Shown: positions 12,171-26,297, numbered from the stretch's first letter. The stretch is 64,000 nucleotides of DNA from Camelus ferus (GCF_009834535.1 NC_045696.1:108440001-108504000), one strand, 5' to 3'. Made by a program: numbers and translations. The notes: generated by a model from the sequence alone, not told the origin.

Positions 12171-14504
12171 TGCCTTTCTTTCATCAGGGCACACCTCTCC
12201 CCTCTCAAGGTCTAGATGCTGGCAGCAAAAATTCAATACAATCTCCTCTGGACACATCGTCTGAGCAAAACCTTTCATGGATAAGGATGGCTCCCATTTG
12301 TGTGTTTCTTCATCTCTTCATTCATTCATCAGTTTACCCCTCCCTAGGGGGCCCCTCCCCAAGGCCAGGCCGTTACTACAATTATATGACTGTGAATGTG
12401 CCTCATGTCCCAGAACCACGGTCTCCTTCGGTTGTCACAGTGGAGCTCCACTCATGGGGAAGGGACTGATGGAAATAAGGTCCCGTGTCCAGGCCAGGGG
12501 TCCCAACTCATGGGAGGAAAGGGGGCTTCTCTGTCTCTTGGATGGCTAAATTGGGATTAGCCCAGAGCCAGGCAAGCTGGAGGAGGGCGTCCTCGAGACC
12601 AGTGCCGGGGACTCAGGCCTCCAGTCTCCTGCCCAGAGGATGGGGAGCCATTAGACATTTTTGAGGAAGGAGCGGAAATTTCTAGATTGGTGGCTTGAGC
12701 CCTGATGAGTGGCTTGCTGGGTGGCTTGCTCTTGCTAGTTAAGTAATTGTCCCCTCAGCCTGCTAAGGACACTGGCAGGACATGGCATGGGGCGTGGTTT
12801 CTGGCCTGAAGTTCCCCGCAGTAAGACTCAGACCACTGTTAGGCCATGCACACTCCCTGAAGCCACTCCAGTCCCAGGGAGAAGAGCCTGGAACGCGAAG
12901 CCAGGGTCAGACTGCAGGAAGGTCATGGCATTGTGGAGTGCACTGTCAGTCAGCTCCTGAGTGGCAACCGTTCAGGGCAAGAAGCAGAAACGGCTGGTCC
13001 AGATCAATTGGAGATTGATTTACTTGGCATGTCTATGTTAGATGTCTAGTGGATTTCCACAGATGGCCGATCTTGAGTTGATCTCGTACTGGACAGAGGG
13101 AGAGTGATGAGATGGGTTGCTGGCTCAGATCCTGGCTCCTGCAGCCCTCCCCTGTAACTGGACTATTTAACCCTTGCAGGTAGGCACTGCCCTTCCAGTC
13201 TCAGGGACCATGGCCAGCTCCAGGCAGGTGCTCTGTAAAGAGCCTGGTGTCTGCGACTTGTTGACTCGAGAGTCTGTTAGTCTGGTTGCGGTACCATCTC
13301 AAGTGTCCTGGATTACAGAACCAAAGCATTCATCATTTTTCTAGGATCAGTCTTTGTCTTTATCTTCTTTTGGTCCCATCATCACCAGCCTCATCCTCTA
13401 TGATGAAGCCCTATCTCAGGGTTCTAGCTCCTACTTTCCTATGGCACATCCTGGTTGACCTCAAGTCTTCCAGAGATTTGTCTTGCCCCGAGTCTGTGTC
13501 TGGGACCCTGGCATCTCTCAGATATTGTCTTGTTCTCAGCCCTTCCCTTTCTCTGACCCCCACCTGCAGGTTCCATCTGATCTCTGGACCTAGCCACTGA
13601 TACTTATGAATGCCATGCACACCTGCCAGGGTCCCTTGCTCCAGACTTGAACACCTGTGCCCCATCCTCAGTTAAATATCTGCCCAGACTATATCTTAGA
13701 ATGCTGTATCCACTGGACATATGCTCATGTCCTGGCCCTCATGGTCTAGGCTCCCAGCTCCTACTTAGTTCAGTGCTACCTCTTGGCCTCTTCCCACTGT
13801 TGCCAGAAGGTATTGGCAAGACCTCCTCCCATCCGATGCTGCCTGCATTGACCCTACGATTTACTGGGCTGTGCTATGCTCTGTGTCTATGGGTTGAGCT
13901 TGAAGAATAGGGTCATCCTTCTAGACAATTACTCAGATGCCAGCTAACATAGGTCAGCTGGGGAGGGGACACCACTTGCCTCTCTGAAAGTACCAAGAGG
14001 AACTATATTTTATGCCTAGAGAGCTAAGCATGTGCTTCTGGGCTGTAAGGGGTGTTTTGATGGTATCCATCAGAAGGGCGCAGACCAGCCAGTAGGAAGG
14101 ACTGGAGCATTGGGCACTCGAAAATTGACTCTATTTTGTAGTTGATTACCTAATGTCATTTAAAAAACATTTATAGAACATCTACTGTATTAAAAACAAA
14201 CAAGACCATCCTGACTGCAAAGACGTGTGTGATGGTACCCTGAGTATCAAGTATCGACCCTCATTCCAACCTTATGGCCTGGTTTTAGCCACATGAGGTA
14301 GAGTTTAACGTTTATCTGTTTGGGATGGAATATGAAGTTGGAAATCAGATCACCTGAAACCAGGGGGAGGTGGCATCAACTATTAGCAAGATCCCAAAGA
14401 GAGGCAGAAATCTGGGGGAGAGGCTCTAAGCGGGATGGTTCCGCTAGCCCTCCCTCAGGAGACCCACCGTCCCCAGGAGACTGGTAGTGGTGGAGTGGCT
14501 ATGA

Positions 14505-14727
14505 GGATGGATTTTGACTGCAGATGGATGTAGATTACTCACTTCCATCACTTACTAGGTTTATGATCTGGACAGCTTACCTAATCTCTCTACCCCTTAG
14601 TTTCCTGACATGTAAAGTAAAATCTCTAATACTTTTATCAGAGGATTACAGGAATCAATTGAGATAATATATGCAAAACAGCATAGAGCCTGGACCATAG
14701 TAAATTCTCAATAAATGGTATCTATTA
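14505..14727 (+). mobile_element. MIR SINE
   Basis: Core (tctggacagcttacctaatctctctaccccttagtttcctgacatgtaaagt) and tail (catagtaaattctcaataaatggta). Confidence 0.8.
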
Positions 14728-14949
14728 AATTTAATGTTTCCAAACTTGGGTGATTGGGGTTTGTTTTATTCAAGAAGGAGGCAGTTTCCTTTTACTGTTC
14801 TGCTTGGTCAATCTTCTGTTGCCTGATTCTTAGACCTGCACCTTTCCTAGGGCCTGAGGATGGGTCCCACCTCTTGGTCCTGGCCAGCCCACTGTTTGGC
14901 CCTTCCCTTCACCCACTAGGCTCCAGCTCTGGAAGGTGCCAGAGACCAA

Positions 14950-15010
14950 ACCACACACAACACACACATATGTGTGCGCATGTGCACACACACACACACA
15001 CACACACACA
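14950..15010. repeat. (CA)n microsatellite; perfect (CA)13 at 14985-15010
   Basis: Read directly from the sequence. Confidence 0.95.
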
Positions 15011-15059
15011 GAGTGTACAAGACCTTCCTTTTATGCTCTCTATCCATTGGAGATGTCTT

Positions 15060-15491
15060 TTTTTTTTAAAATTGAAGTATAGCCAGTTGAAAATGTTGTG
15101 TCAATTTCTGGTGTACAGCACAATGTCTCAGTCATACACACACATACATATATTTGCTTTCATCTTCTTTTTCATTATAGGCTACTACAAGGTATTGAAT
15201 ACAGTTCCCTGTGCTCTACAGGAGAAACTTGTTATTTATCTATTTTATATAGTAGTTAGTATCTGCAAATCGCAAACTCCAATTTCATCCCTTCCCAACC
15301 TCATTTCCCTCTTTGTAACCAAACAAGTTTGTTTTCTATCTCTGTGAGTCTGTTTCTGTTTTGTAAATAAGTTCATTTGCACCTTTTTCTTTTTCTTTTT
15401 TCTTTTTTAGATTCCACAGATAAGTGATATCATATGGCATTTTTCTTTCTCTTCCTGGCTGACTTCACTTTGAATGACGATCTCCAGGTCC
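15060..15491 (-). mobile_element. 5'-truncated young camelid-type L1 with 13-bp TSD
   Basis: Reverse complement of the 3' UTR at 300-720; T-tract at the left end; TSD ttggagatgtctt (15047-15059) / ttggagatgcctt (15492-15504). Confidence 0.92.
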
Positions 15492-18111
15492 TTGGAGATG
15501 CCTTGAATTCTACCATAAGTTGTGTGACTTAAAGGGCTTTGTGAACTTCCTGTTAAAGAAAACAATAGTATAAAGTGAATGTCTATGTTGAGAGGGGTAG
15601 AGAGACAATAAATTAAAGTTGCTGGCAGACAGTGGGAGGATCAGGCTGACACCCATCTCCCTCCCTATTTCAACAAAGAGTTTGGCTTTGCAGCTCCAGT
15701 TTCACTCTCTTTATGCATCCAGGTTGGACCTTATGCCACTTGTCCCACTCAACCCTAATTAGATGTGCATGTGAACTATCATTTTCACACTCTCGTCTTT
15801 TATCCAAATTAAGCATTTAATTGTCTAATAAGCATGTCTGTAAGATAATCAAAGAGGGGGAGATCCAAGCAAGGCCAGGGAGGACGGAGAACCTGACAGT
15901 GAGTGAGGACGTGCAGCGGAGACCTGGCGAGCCCCCATCCCACCCACCCCTCAGCCGTGTGCGTCCACCACCAAGATTCAAGCTAGACTTCCGCCCAGCC
16001 AGCCCCTCAGACACACAAGCTCAGCTCCAAACACCTTCAGGCTGAGTTAGGGATCACTTGCCTCTCCTTTCTTTTTTTCTTGTCTCCTCACATCTTTCTC
16101 CTCCAGCTTGTGAAATAAACCAAATAGAAGTCTCCCATGTTATGTCTCATTGTTATTGGTGCTTCATATCCATTCATTAAACACGCATTCATCAGGAGCC
16201 TCCCCTGTTCCAAGGATATCGGTTATGTCCAGGTGAGTAGCTTTGAACTGAAAGCTTTGTATAATTTGACCCTATTGAGCACAGGGGAGAAGACACAGTG
16301 CATTCAAGAAATACCTTCTGCTGATATATTTACTGTTCCTGTCTTTGGCCTTGAGGAAAAGGACCATCACTTCTCAGATGGAAATGAAAAAGAAGGCTCA
16401 CCCAATGAGATGGTCTCCTGTTACGAGGGGTGGGCACACACCACGTGCCAGTCTCTGCGCTGAGGAGTCCACACTGCTTTTCTTCTCCCTCCTGCCCGGC
16501 TCTTCCTTGCCCTTGTCTTTCATCCAGAGACATAGTCATTCAAGATTTTACTGAGCACCAGCTCTTCGTATGGGGCTGGAACTACACCCTGGGGATACAC
16601 GACAAACAGATAAATATCAAATACCTGCTCTCAGCGTCACCAACGGAAGATAAACACATGGAAGACAGGCCACCGTGCCCACACCAACCCGGGGCAGGGC
16701 CGATGGTGTGGGGTGTTGCGTCATGCTTTCCTGTTTCTCTGTCAATCACAGCAGCGTCCGTCAACCACAAGCAGTGCGCTCTTTTGCATTCTTGACACTG
16801 CCTTCTCATTCCACCCTCTTAGGCAGTGCACAGAAGGATATTAGTCTTGAACTGAATTAGTCTAATTCTGCAGCACATCTCACTAGCCTTGTATCCAGTA
16901 CTTAGCAAATATGACTGACAGGAGAGGAAAAGGCTCTGCCTGGTAGGTTTTGTTCTGTGTTGAGAAGAAGGGAAGGGTGGGTCTGCATTGGGCAGAGAAC
17001 TGTCTCTCAAGACAAAAGTGGTCCTGCTGTAGGATGTCACCGGCAGAGGGTCCCTCCTGTGGACAACCCCTCCTCCAGGTCAGACTCTGCGACTCTAGAA
17101 CACCTCTTCCCCCGCTGGCTTCATGGGCCCCGCTCTAATTAGAGCTTGGGCTGCCCTGCTTATTCCCTGCATGCATCCCCCTCTTTCCTTTGTCCTTCAG
17201 AAGTCGCCTGAGGACCCTGATGATACTCCGCTTCCAAGCAGAACTGGGACAGGGAATCTGGTGCACTTCCTTTCCCGCAGATACACAGCTGTTCTTGCTC
17301 AGTGGGTGCAGAGCCAGGCCCACCACTTCAGGAGAGGAGGGAACTTAGGTGCCACTGACTTCTGCCAGCGGGACGATGAAATGTCTACATCCCACTGAAG
17401 GACATGCCCGGATCCTTCCTGGCCACGTGGTGAGCACAAATCTGTCACTGAAGTCTGCTGCCTTGGCAGTCTGCAGGCTGCAAGTTCATGGACAGACCAA
17501 GAGCCAGGAAACGAGTTAGCAAGCCGTGCGACTGCAGGCAGATTTGAAGAGTCTGGCACGAGGAGCACTCACAGGCAGAACCATCCAGCCACAAAGCGGG
17601 GTCTCACCACACCTGCTCTGGCAGAAGAAGGCCCGGTAAGACCCAGAGCGGCTTGGGATATATAGTGGGGACCCCAGGGTTCCCCCGTCACCACATCTGA
17701 ATGCTTGTGGCCACCTGATGTGCCTCGGGGAAGGTTTCCTCTGAGCCGTCACTGCACGTGGGGACATCATCCCCGCCACCCTTGGCTTTGCTAAAGGAGA
17801 CCAGCTTTGTCTCCGTGCTCACTGGCCAAGCCAATGTTCATTCACAAACTCCTAGAGCTGTGGAGATCAACAGGACCCGTAAGAAAGTTCTTCCTTAAGT
17901 TGACGCAAGATGTTCCTCCCTAAGATTTCTACCCGTTAGTCTCAATTCTGAAGTTCTAGAAAATCGGGCTTCTCCTTTGTGTGACAGTCTTCCAAGTATT
18001 TGAAGGCATTCAAGAGTCATAACATCTAAAAGATCCAGGCAAGTTACTCCTGGTTTCTCCAAGGACTGTCTCTAAACCCCTATTAATCCTCCTGTTTTCA
18101 TGAAATGTTTA

Positions 18112-18272
18112 CCAGTTGCTACTCAAAGTGCGGTCCATGGACCGGCAGCAACCCCTGGGAGCCAGCTAGACACACAGAATCCCAGGTCACATCCAGATCT
18201 TCTGAATTAGAATATGAATTTTAACAGGTTCTCTAGGTGATTTATATACACATTAAAGTTTGAGAAATACTG
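18112..18272. mobile_element. MER5-family hAT-Charlie MITE
   Basis: ctactcaaagtgcggtccatggaccggcagca...aggtgatttatatacacattaaagtttgagaaatactg. Confidence 0.8.
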
Positions 18273-18459
18273 GAAGCACTAGCTTATAGCATTTTTTGTA
18301 GAAACAGACACATATTAGTATGTAACCTCTATGCCAAACAATAGAAAGATTAATTAAATGATGACATATTTAGGCTATGAGATATTATGTATAGGAACTA
18401 TATAGAAACTACATAGAAACCTGAGGAAATGCTTGTGATAATAACATTTAAACAGAGTA

Positions 18460-18660
18460 TTGACCACACTCCAGACTCTGTTCAAAGCATAGTAGTGATC
18501 ACCTCCTTGAATCGTCACCACAACCCCACAAAGAAGATACCAGTGGTATCCTCATTTTGAAAGTGGGGAAAGAGACCCAGAGAGGTTGAGTAACTTGCCC
18601 ACAGTCACACAGCTAGAGCCCAGGGAGTTTAATTCCAAAGGAACCGTGCCTGACCACTGC
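18460..18660 (-). mobile_element. MIR SINE
   Basis: cctcattttgaaagtggggaaagagacccagagaggttgagtaacttgcccacagtcacacagctag is the MIR core in reverse. Confidence 0.75.
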
Positions 18661-19048
18661 TAAAGTTGGAGCATGAAGCCAAAGGTACAGAATCGTGTAT
18701 AAGCTACGACAGCAGCTGTGAGGATATGTACTGGGCAGGCTCCAATGCTGTCATATGGTGTTATTGTAATAAAGACAATAAAAAGCAGCATGCCCCAAAA
18801 GGAACACCAGCTTTATCCAGCCCCAACAGGGTTTCTACCACCTCTCTCACATTTTCTTTCAGTTTAAACAATGTTTACAATACAAAAATAATATACAGTC
18901 ATGGTAAAAATAAATTCATACCCACAAAAGAATATAAAATAAGCAGTAAAGAGCTCCCTCCCCAATAACCCTTCTCCACTCTGAGATAATCACTGTTAGC
19001 AGTTTCTTGTATATCTTTCCAAAAATGTGTTCTTCATTTAAAGTAAAG

Positions 19049-19049
<1 letters not shown>

Positions 19050-19087
<38 letters not shown>
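19050..19087. repeat. (AC)19 microsatellite
   Basis: Read directly from the sequence. Confidence 0.95.
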
Positions 19088-19090
<3 letters not shown>

Positions 19091-19689
19091 GGTACACATG
19101 TAATACGCACACGATCCACTCAGCTTGGCTACATCTGTTAAACAGCCTTGCGATTGGCTCCCGTTTTATTTATGATGAATTGGAACACCCCATATCTTTC
19201 GCACATGAAGTGTTATTAAGTTTTCATCTCTCCATCTTGTGTGGTTTTTTTTTTCTCACCCAAATGTAGGATATTTCATGTCTTCTTACTGAGCTTCATG
19301 TATCTGGTTGTGTTCTAGCATTTGGGTGAATTAAATCTTTTTTTACTTCTGAATCTAAAGCGTAGACGCTTTCTCCTTCATAGGTGTAATGCGTATCCCC
19401 TGACTTTCCAGGCTTAAGGGACCAGCTACAGGGCTGGGGTGAGGGAGGCGCAGGGATGGTTTATGCGGCCACCACGAAGACTGAAATATACCAAATACAC
19501 GCCAAATATTAGCAATGGATATTGCCAAATGGTGGGGGGTTTCCTCATATTTTCCAAATGTTTAACAATGAGCATGGGTTAATTTCATCATTAAAAAATA
19601 AATGAAAGTTGGAGTTTTATAGATTGGATATTGTTTCCACCTTCTCACTGTCTTCCTGAAAGAGACAATACATTCGTTCCTTTTGCTGG

Positions 19690-20047
19690 GACATTTGCTA
19701 GTAGCCCCAGTAGAGTAAACACTGTATGTGTGCCTGATCTACTTGACATTGGATTTGACCTTGTGACTTGCTATGCCAATATGATATTACCTGGTGTGGT
19801 ATGAGCAGAGGCATTGTCTGTGTGGTTTGGTTGGCCACTTGTGCTCCTGTGGCCCACCATCTACCTGCCCTCAGTAGCTGTTGGTCCCAGATTTGAGAGC
19901 CCTTGGAGCAGATGTCAACCTGGTCCATAGCCCAAGGCAGAAATCCCCATTCTTTCATCAACCCATGGAATCATGATAGAGAAAAAGAAATGTAACTGGG
20001 GGAGTATTTAAAACATATAGCGTAATTATAGTAATAACTGACCAGAT
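19690..20047 (+). mobile_element. MLT1 (I/J-like) MaLR LTR
   Basis: gccttgtgacttgctatgccaata...agcgtaattatagtaataactgaccagata end motif. Confidence 0.5.
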
Positions 20048-20327
20048 AGGAGATCAGCCTCTCCCATGCTGGCTTGTGTGTCCTGACAATAGTTACCCAC
20101 CCTCCTCTAGCTGCTGTGGCCACCCTCTCCTTTCTCTGTGTCTCCCCACCATCCGCTTAAGCTGTGCTCACCCATTCCTGCCTTTAAGTCACTTGCCTCC
20201 CACCATCACCTACATGGCAGGTAAGGAGGTGGAAACCACACTTCTTGGCTAGACTTAACTTTCTTTTCTCCAAAAGTTCCCATACTGTGGAGCAGAAAGT
20301 GCTCTGATCTACAGCTTTATTATGAGT

Positions 20328-20529
20328 TGTTGTGAGTTGAATTGTATCCCTTCAAAATTCACTTGTTGAAGTCCTAACCCACCTGTCATGACCCAGCATC
20401 TCAGAATGTCACCATAGTTTGAAAATAGAGTCATTGCAGATGTGATTGGTTAAGATGAGGTCACAGTGGAGTAGGGTGGGCCCCTGATCCGACATGACTA
20501 GTGTCCTTGAAAAAGGAGAATTTAGGCAT

Positions 20530-20563
<34 letters not shown>

Positions 20564-20570
20564 CACACAC

Positions 20571-20606
<36 letters not shown>

Positions 20607-20861
20607 GAGCACCACATGACCCTGAAGGTAGAGATCGGGGGGATGCTTCTAAAAGCTAAGGGATGCCAAACATAGCCAGCAAGCCACCAGAAGCTGGCAG
20701 AGAAGCATGAAACAGACTTTTCTTCACAGCCTCAGAAGGAAGCACCCCGCTGACACCTTGATCTCAGACTCTCACTTCTGGAAGTGGGAGCCAATATGTT
20801 CCTATTCTTTAAGCCACCCAGTTTGATGTACTTTCTTAAGGCAGCATCAGGAAACTAATAT
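20328..20861 (+). mobile_element. MLT1C-like MaLR solo LTR containing an expanded (CA)n
   Basis: Near-complete: tgttgtgagttgaattgtatccc...gttgaagtcctaaccc...ttaagatgaggtca...gtagggtgggccc...gccaccagaagct...ttaagccacccagtttg...aaactaata. Confidence 0.88.
20532..20603. repeat. Interrupted (CA)n microsatellite (~72 bp)
   Basis: Read directly; CAA interruptions present. Confidence 0.95.
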
Positions 20862-21678
20862 GTGAGGTCATCTCAGATTCTGCACCTGATTACCATGTGT
20901 GGGGTTTCCCCACACCAAGTAATTCTCTGACACCAGCTGAGTGTCCTACAACTCAACTCAACTCTGTCACTACCTGTCTGAAGAGAGTGTCAGGTTCTAC
21001 AAGTTAAGGGCTTGCAAGACTTACAAGACTGCCTCTTCCACCTTCAGATGCCAATAGCAAGTCCAAGTTGTCACCTGTTGTTCTGAAGGACAGGCTATAG
21101 ATGGGAGGTTTCAACAGCCCTCTCCTTGGGTTCCCTTAATTTTCTAGAGCAGTTCACAGAGCTCAGAGAAACATTTTACTTACTAGATTACCAGTTTATT
21201 ATAAAAGGGCATATCTTAGGAACAGCTGGATGAAAGAGAGGCATGGAACAGGGTCTGGGGGAAGGGCATGGGGCTTCCATGCTAATTCCTAGCTAGCCAC
21301 TCTCCCAGCCACCTCCACGAGTTCATCAACTTGGAAGCTCTCCAAACCTCACCTTTCTGGGTTTTTATGGAGGTGTCATTACAGAGGCATGATTGTTTAA
21401 CTTATTGACCATTGGTGATTGATTCAACCTCCAGTCTCTTTCTCTTCCCCAGAGGCCAGGAAGATAAGATTGAAAGTTTTAACTCTCTAAGCCCATGGTC
21501 GGGTCTCCTGGCAACCAGCCCCCATCTTTAGGTGTTTTCCAAAAGTCACCTCATTAACATAGCAAAAGACACATTTATTGCTCTCATCACAGGAAATTCC
21601 AAGAGTTTAGGAGCTCTGTGCCAGGAATGGGAATGAAGACCAAATACATATTTCTTATTATAAATCACAATATCATAC
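20862..21678 (-). mobile_element. MER21-like ERVL LTR
   Basis: Minus strand begins tatgatattgtgatttataataagaaatatgtatttggtcttc; internal motifs gacaccagctgagtgtcctacaa and ttactagattaccagtttattataaaagg. Confidence 0.8.
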
Positions 21679-22539
21679 CACAGTCAAGTCTCTCTCTTTC
21701 TCTCAGTGCCTCTGGGAGTACAACACAGCCCTACTACCCACTGCCCACTGTGTCCAGCTCTGGGTCCACCTGACCTTGAGGATGAGTGAGCAGGTGAGAC
21801 GTTCTCGCTCCTCTCCTCTTCCTTCAGAATCAGTCCTTTCCGTATAGAGGATGCCAAAGCTGCTCTCACCCCCTCTCCCCTTCCTTCCACTCAGGAACTC
21901 AATACTGGAGTCTAGCATCTACTGCTGCAAACTCCTTCTTTGTGATTTTGGTGACAGTCTTTCTACAAAATGAATCCTAAGTACCTCTCCCTGCAGGTCC
22001 CATGTGGATACATTGATAACCCTGTCAATTAAAACAGGGCTAGATGCCCTGCCTGCCTTCCACGTTGCCATGAGCGCATGACCCTACCGATCAGAAGCCG
22101 CTGTTCAACCAGGAGCTGGCCTGCCTCCCAGCCAGTGCTCCATCTACCTCATGGCTAATCTTGAAAGACCAACCAGATACAGATGCCTGCTAGTTCAAAA
22201 ACACACGTCTGTGGGGTGTCCTTAATCCATCAAGCCAGTGAGCTTATCAAATGTGAAATAAATGAAGTTCAAATTAGAATGTTAGAAAGTTAGAGCTGAA
22301 AAGAACCTAGACATTGTTATGCCAAAGCCTCCATTTGGTTGGTGGGGAACCTGAGATCCCAGAGAGGAATGACCTGGACAAAGCGAGTTTTCAGCACACC
22401 CAGAATACTGGTTTTCCACTGCAGTTTTCATAAGACCACATGAAAGGGATTTTTAAAACAATCTATGAGGGCTCTAATTGATCGCAGGTTTACTTTCTAA
22501 TTGTTCCCTGATCATTGGTTGAAAATCTATTTCACTTTT

Positions 22540-25200
22540 TTTTATTGTGGAGTCAAACATGCACATTGTTAAACAATTTCAAATTGTACAGCAGAGTCCG
22601 CTATGGAAAGTGATAACCCTAGTGGTCCTCCTTCACCCAAAATACACAAGTCCCTCTCCCCTGGGTCAGCCACTCATAAGATCTCCTGTCTTTAGCATGT
22701 TTGATGATTACTTACCACTGCGTCACTAAATAACCTGCTTATCCTCTTGTAATTCTTCAAACTTTAGACAGTATTCATTCTAGGTTCTAAAATTGGTTCC
22801 TTTGTTCATAATATAATCAAACCTCTATGTTTTTTCATTCTCAACTTTAGACATTATCTACTCCCTCCCCACAACGGATGGGAAAGAATTTAACACTCAT
22901 TTCTCCCCTGGACCTTTTACACGATCGAAGTTTGTAATATTTATTTTATCCTGTAAACATAATTTCATCTTCTTAGCACTTATCCATAAGTTAATTCCAA
23001 AAATAAATATCACTTAAAATATTATGAATGTGTTAAGAATCATTTAATGCAGATCCCAATACTGTGATTTTTTTTCCCCTCAAAAATGTATATTTTCCTT
23101 CAATATTAAGGAAGGTTGGTCAGACTGCAGATGACAAATGCCTTATCTTTCCTTTCAGCTCATCCCCGCACCTCATTTCTAATCTGCTTTAAGACAGAAC
23201 TGTTTTTCTTGGGTAGCCTTTCATTTTTTCTTAGATATCATACTGAAATTCTTCTCACATATGAAGAATTTTAAGTGCCTTAGCCATTGTGTTGATTGAA
23301 AGAAATCCCCATTTTTATTTCAGACATTTTTCGTGGAGGTCCTCCATGCTCCTGTTTTTAAGTGACTGGTTACATTCTAGGATGGCTATACAGCAGCTAC
23401 CTGATTTTGGGAGTCCGTGTTTTCATCTTTTCTTTCTTTTTAGGGGGTATCTGAAATAAATTCTTGAGCATTTTTGTTTCAGAAAATATGTGTGAATGGA
23501 ATTTAAACTTTATGAATTTTGGAATACCTGACATGCCTTTACTTCACTCTCACACGTGACCCATCATTTAGGCTGACAGGGATTCTGGATTCACATGATT
23601 CCCTTCAGAATTTTCAAGGCATTCCTCCTTTGCTTTCTAGAACCCATTGTTGCACATGAGAAGTCTGGACCAGTTTAAATCTTCTTCTTTTGAAGTCATC
23701 TCTTTGTTTCTCTCTAGGAAGTTTTAAGATTTTCTCCTTCTATTGGGAGTTCAGAGACATCACTAAGATTTCTCTCCGTGTGAGCTTTTTTGCATTAATC
23801 CCTATTGGGATTTGGTCACGTCTTTTGCCTGGAAGAATCTCTTCTTTAGCCTCTAGGACACTTTCTTCTAATACTTCCTTAATAATTTGCTATTATCATT
23901 TTCCCCCAGTTTTCTCTTTTAAACCTCTTCAGTATGAATGGTAGAACGGCTACATCTGTCTTACAGTGCCTGAACTTTCAATTATATTTTTCACTTTATT
24001 TTATGTTATGAGACATTAACATAACCTTATTCGCCAGAGGGGCAAGTATGTCTTCAGCTGTGCACTTATTATTCAGAATGCTATTTAATTTTTTATTTTT
24101 TGCAATCATATTTGATTACTAGGAAGATTTTTGTTTTTGCTTGTACTTTTCAAATTACCCAACTCTTCTTCTAGCGATACACTTTCTCTTAAATTTTTGT
24201 TATGTATACTAATAAGAATTATTATTAGACACACAATATTTTGAACTTTGCTCTTTTTTACCTGACAGTTCATTTTGGCAATTGTTGTATGTCATCACCC
24301 ATAGGGTTATGTCAGTTCTTTTTAATAGCTACAGTGCATCTCATTTTATATTTTACACATGTGTGACTCTTTAACAGGTGTCCTAATGAGGGAGATCTGG
24401 TTTTAAAATAAAGAATTGATAGCACACGAACAATTTTGCAGTTGTTCTCCTTGTGTGAATATCTTTGTGCATGCAGATTTTTATTTTGGTGGAATAAATT
24501 CCTAGTTGTAAACAGTGCTGGCATGTAGCACAGACAGCATGGAGACTACAGTTAATAATACTGTGTTGCGTATTTGGAAGTAGCTAGGGGAGTGGATCTT
24601 GCAAGATCTCATCACAGGAAAAGAAATGTTGTAACTCTGTGTGGTGATGGATGTTAACTGGATTTAATGTGCTGATCATTTCACAGTATATGCTAATATG
24701 GAATCATTGCATTGCACACCTGAAACTAATACAATGTTATGTCAGTTATATTTCAGTAAAAAAAAAAAAAAAAAGGATTGGCACCTAAACAGTACACTAA
24801 ACAAACAAAAAGTGCTAAGTTGAAGTGTGTACGCACTGCTCATTTTGATATGTATTGCCAAATCACCATCCACTGAGATCTACAATCTCACAAAGAGGGA
24901 AGGGAGTTCTGTGTCCTACCCTTTTGCCCCAACGAAGTATGCTATCAGGCTTGTCCCACCTCCTCAGTGAAAAATAATATCTTAATACAGTTTAATTTGC
25001 ATTTTTCCTATTATAAGTGATAACAATCAAATTATTGCACATTCATAATTCTTTATAGTTGAATTTCTGCTATTTAGTCAAACCTGGACCACATGTGTTG
25101 TTACTGACATTTTTAAAGTTTTGTAGGAATTCTTTATGTGTTAAAGAAATTAGTATTTTGCTATCATGTGAGTTAACAGCATTTATTTAGCTACAATTTA
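22540..25200 (-). mobile_element. Highly decayed old L1 (L1ME/HAL1-like) fragments
   Basis: T-rich antisense L1-like tracts (tttgctttctagaacccattgttgcacatgagaagtctg; ggaataaattcctag; atgtattgccaaat; gtttaatttgcattttt). Confidence 0.55.
24522..24775 (+). mobile_element. L1MA9/10-like 3' end with poly(A), nested in older L1
   Basis: gagactacagttaataatactgtgttg...gtggtgatggatgttaact...cacacctgaaactaatacaatgttatgtcagttata plus an A-run ending at ~24774. Confidence 0.85.
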
Positions 25201-25940
25201 TGGAGTTTTTTCCATCCTAAATTTCCAGCCAACTTTTCAAATTCAGAATAATTTCAGAATTTTTTTTAATTGTGAAGGTGGTACAGAGTTTCCATACACC
25301 CCATTCTAGCTTTTCCTATTACCTACATCTTGGATTAGTATGGTTCAATTGTAGCAATTAATAAATCAATATTAACACATTATTATTAACCAAAGTCCGT
25401 ACCTTATTATTCAGATTTCCTTGATTTTACTCAATGTCCTTTTCCTGTTCCAGGATCCTATCACATTACATTTAGTCATCACGTCTCCTTAGCCCCTCTT
25501 AGTTTCTCAGACTTTCCTTGTTTCCGCTGACCTTGACAATTCTGAGGATTACTGGGTATTTTGCATAATGTCCTTCAGTTAGCTTTTGTCTGATGTTTTT
25601 CTCATGATTATATTGGGAGGAAGACCAGAAGGGTAAAGTACTATTCTCATCGTATCATGTAAAATGAACATACTATAGACATGACTTACCACTGTTGAGG
25701 TTAACCTTGACTACCTGGCTGAGGCAGTCTTGTTTCTCCACTATAAAGTTACTTTCTTTTCCCCTTTTCTATATCTGACTCTTTAGAAGGAAGCTGCTAC
25801 ATGCAGCTCACAGCTAGAGAGTGGGCACTTAGGCTTCACTTTCTTAAAACAGAGTATCTTCATGAATTATTGAGAATGCTGCATGGCAGATTTGTCCACC
25901 CACTGTTTATAATTTATGTAGGTATGTACATATTTGTTTC

Positions 25941-26297
25941 TTTTTTTAGTGGAGTACTGTCAGTTACAATGTGTCAATTTCTGGTGTATAGCATAATGTC
26001 CCAGTCATGTGCATAATATACATATATTCATTTTCATTAAAGTTATTATAAGATATTGAATATAGTTCCCTGTGCTATACAGAAGAAACTTTTTTTAATC
26101 TATTTTTATATATAGTGGTTAACATTTGCAAATCTCAAACTCCCAAATTTATCCCTTCCCACCCGCTTTCCCCTGGTAACCATAAGACTGTTTACTATGT
26201 CTGTGAGTCTGTTACTGTTTTGTAGATGAGTTCATTAGGGTTCTCTTTTCCCTTACTTTCTTTTTTTTTTTTTTAGATTCCACATGTGAGTGATATC
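25941..26297 (-). mobile_element. 5'-truncated young camelid-type L1
   Basis: tgtcaatttctggtgtatagcataatgtcccagtcatg...tagattccacatgtgagtgatatc; same family as 1-722. Confidence 0.88.

Noticed and set aside
14754..15347. Longest ORF (197 aa)
   Set aside because: Runs through a CA microsatellite and an antisense L1 3' UTR; no protein-like character.
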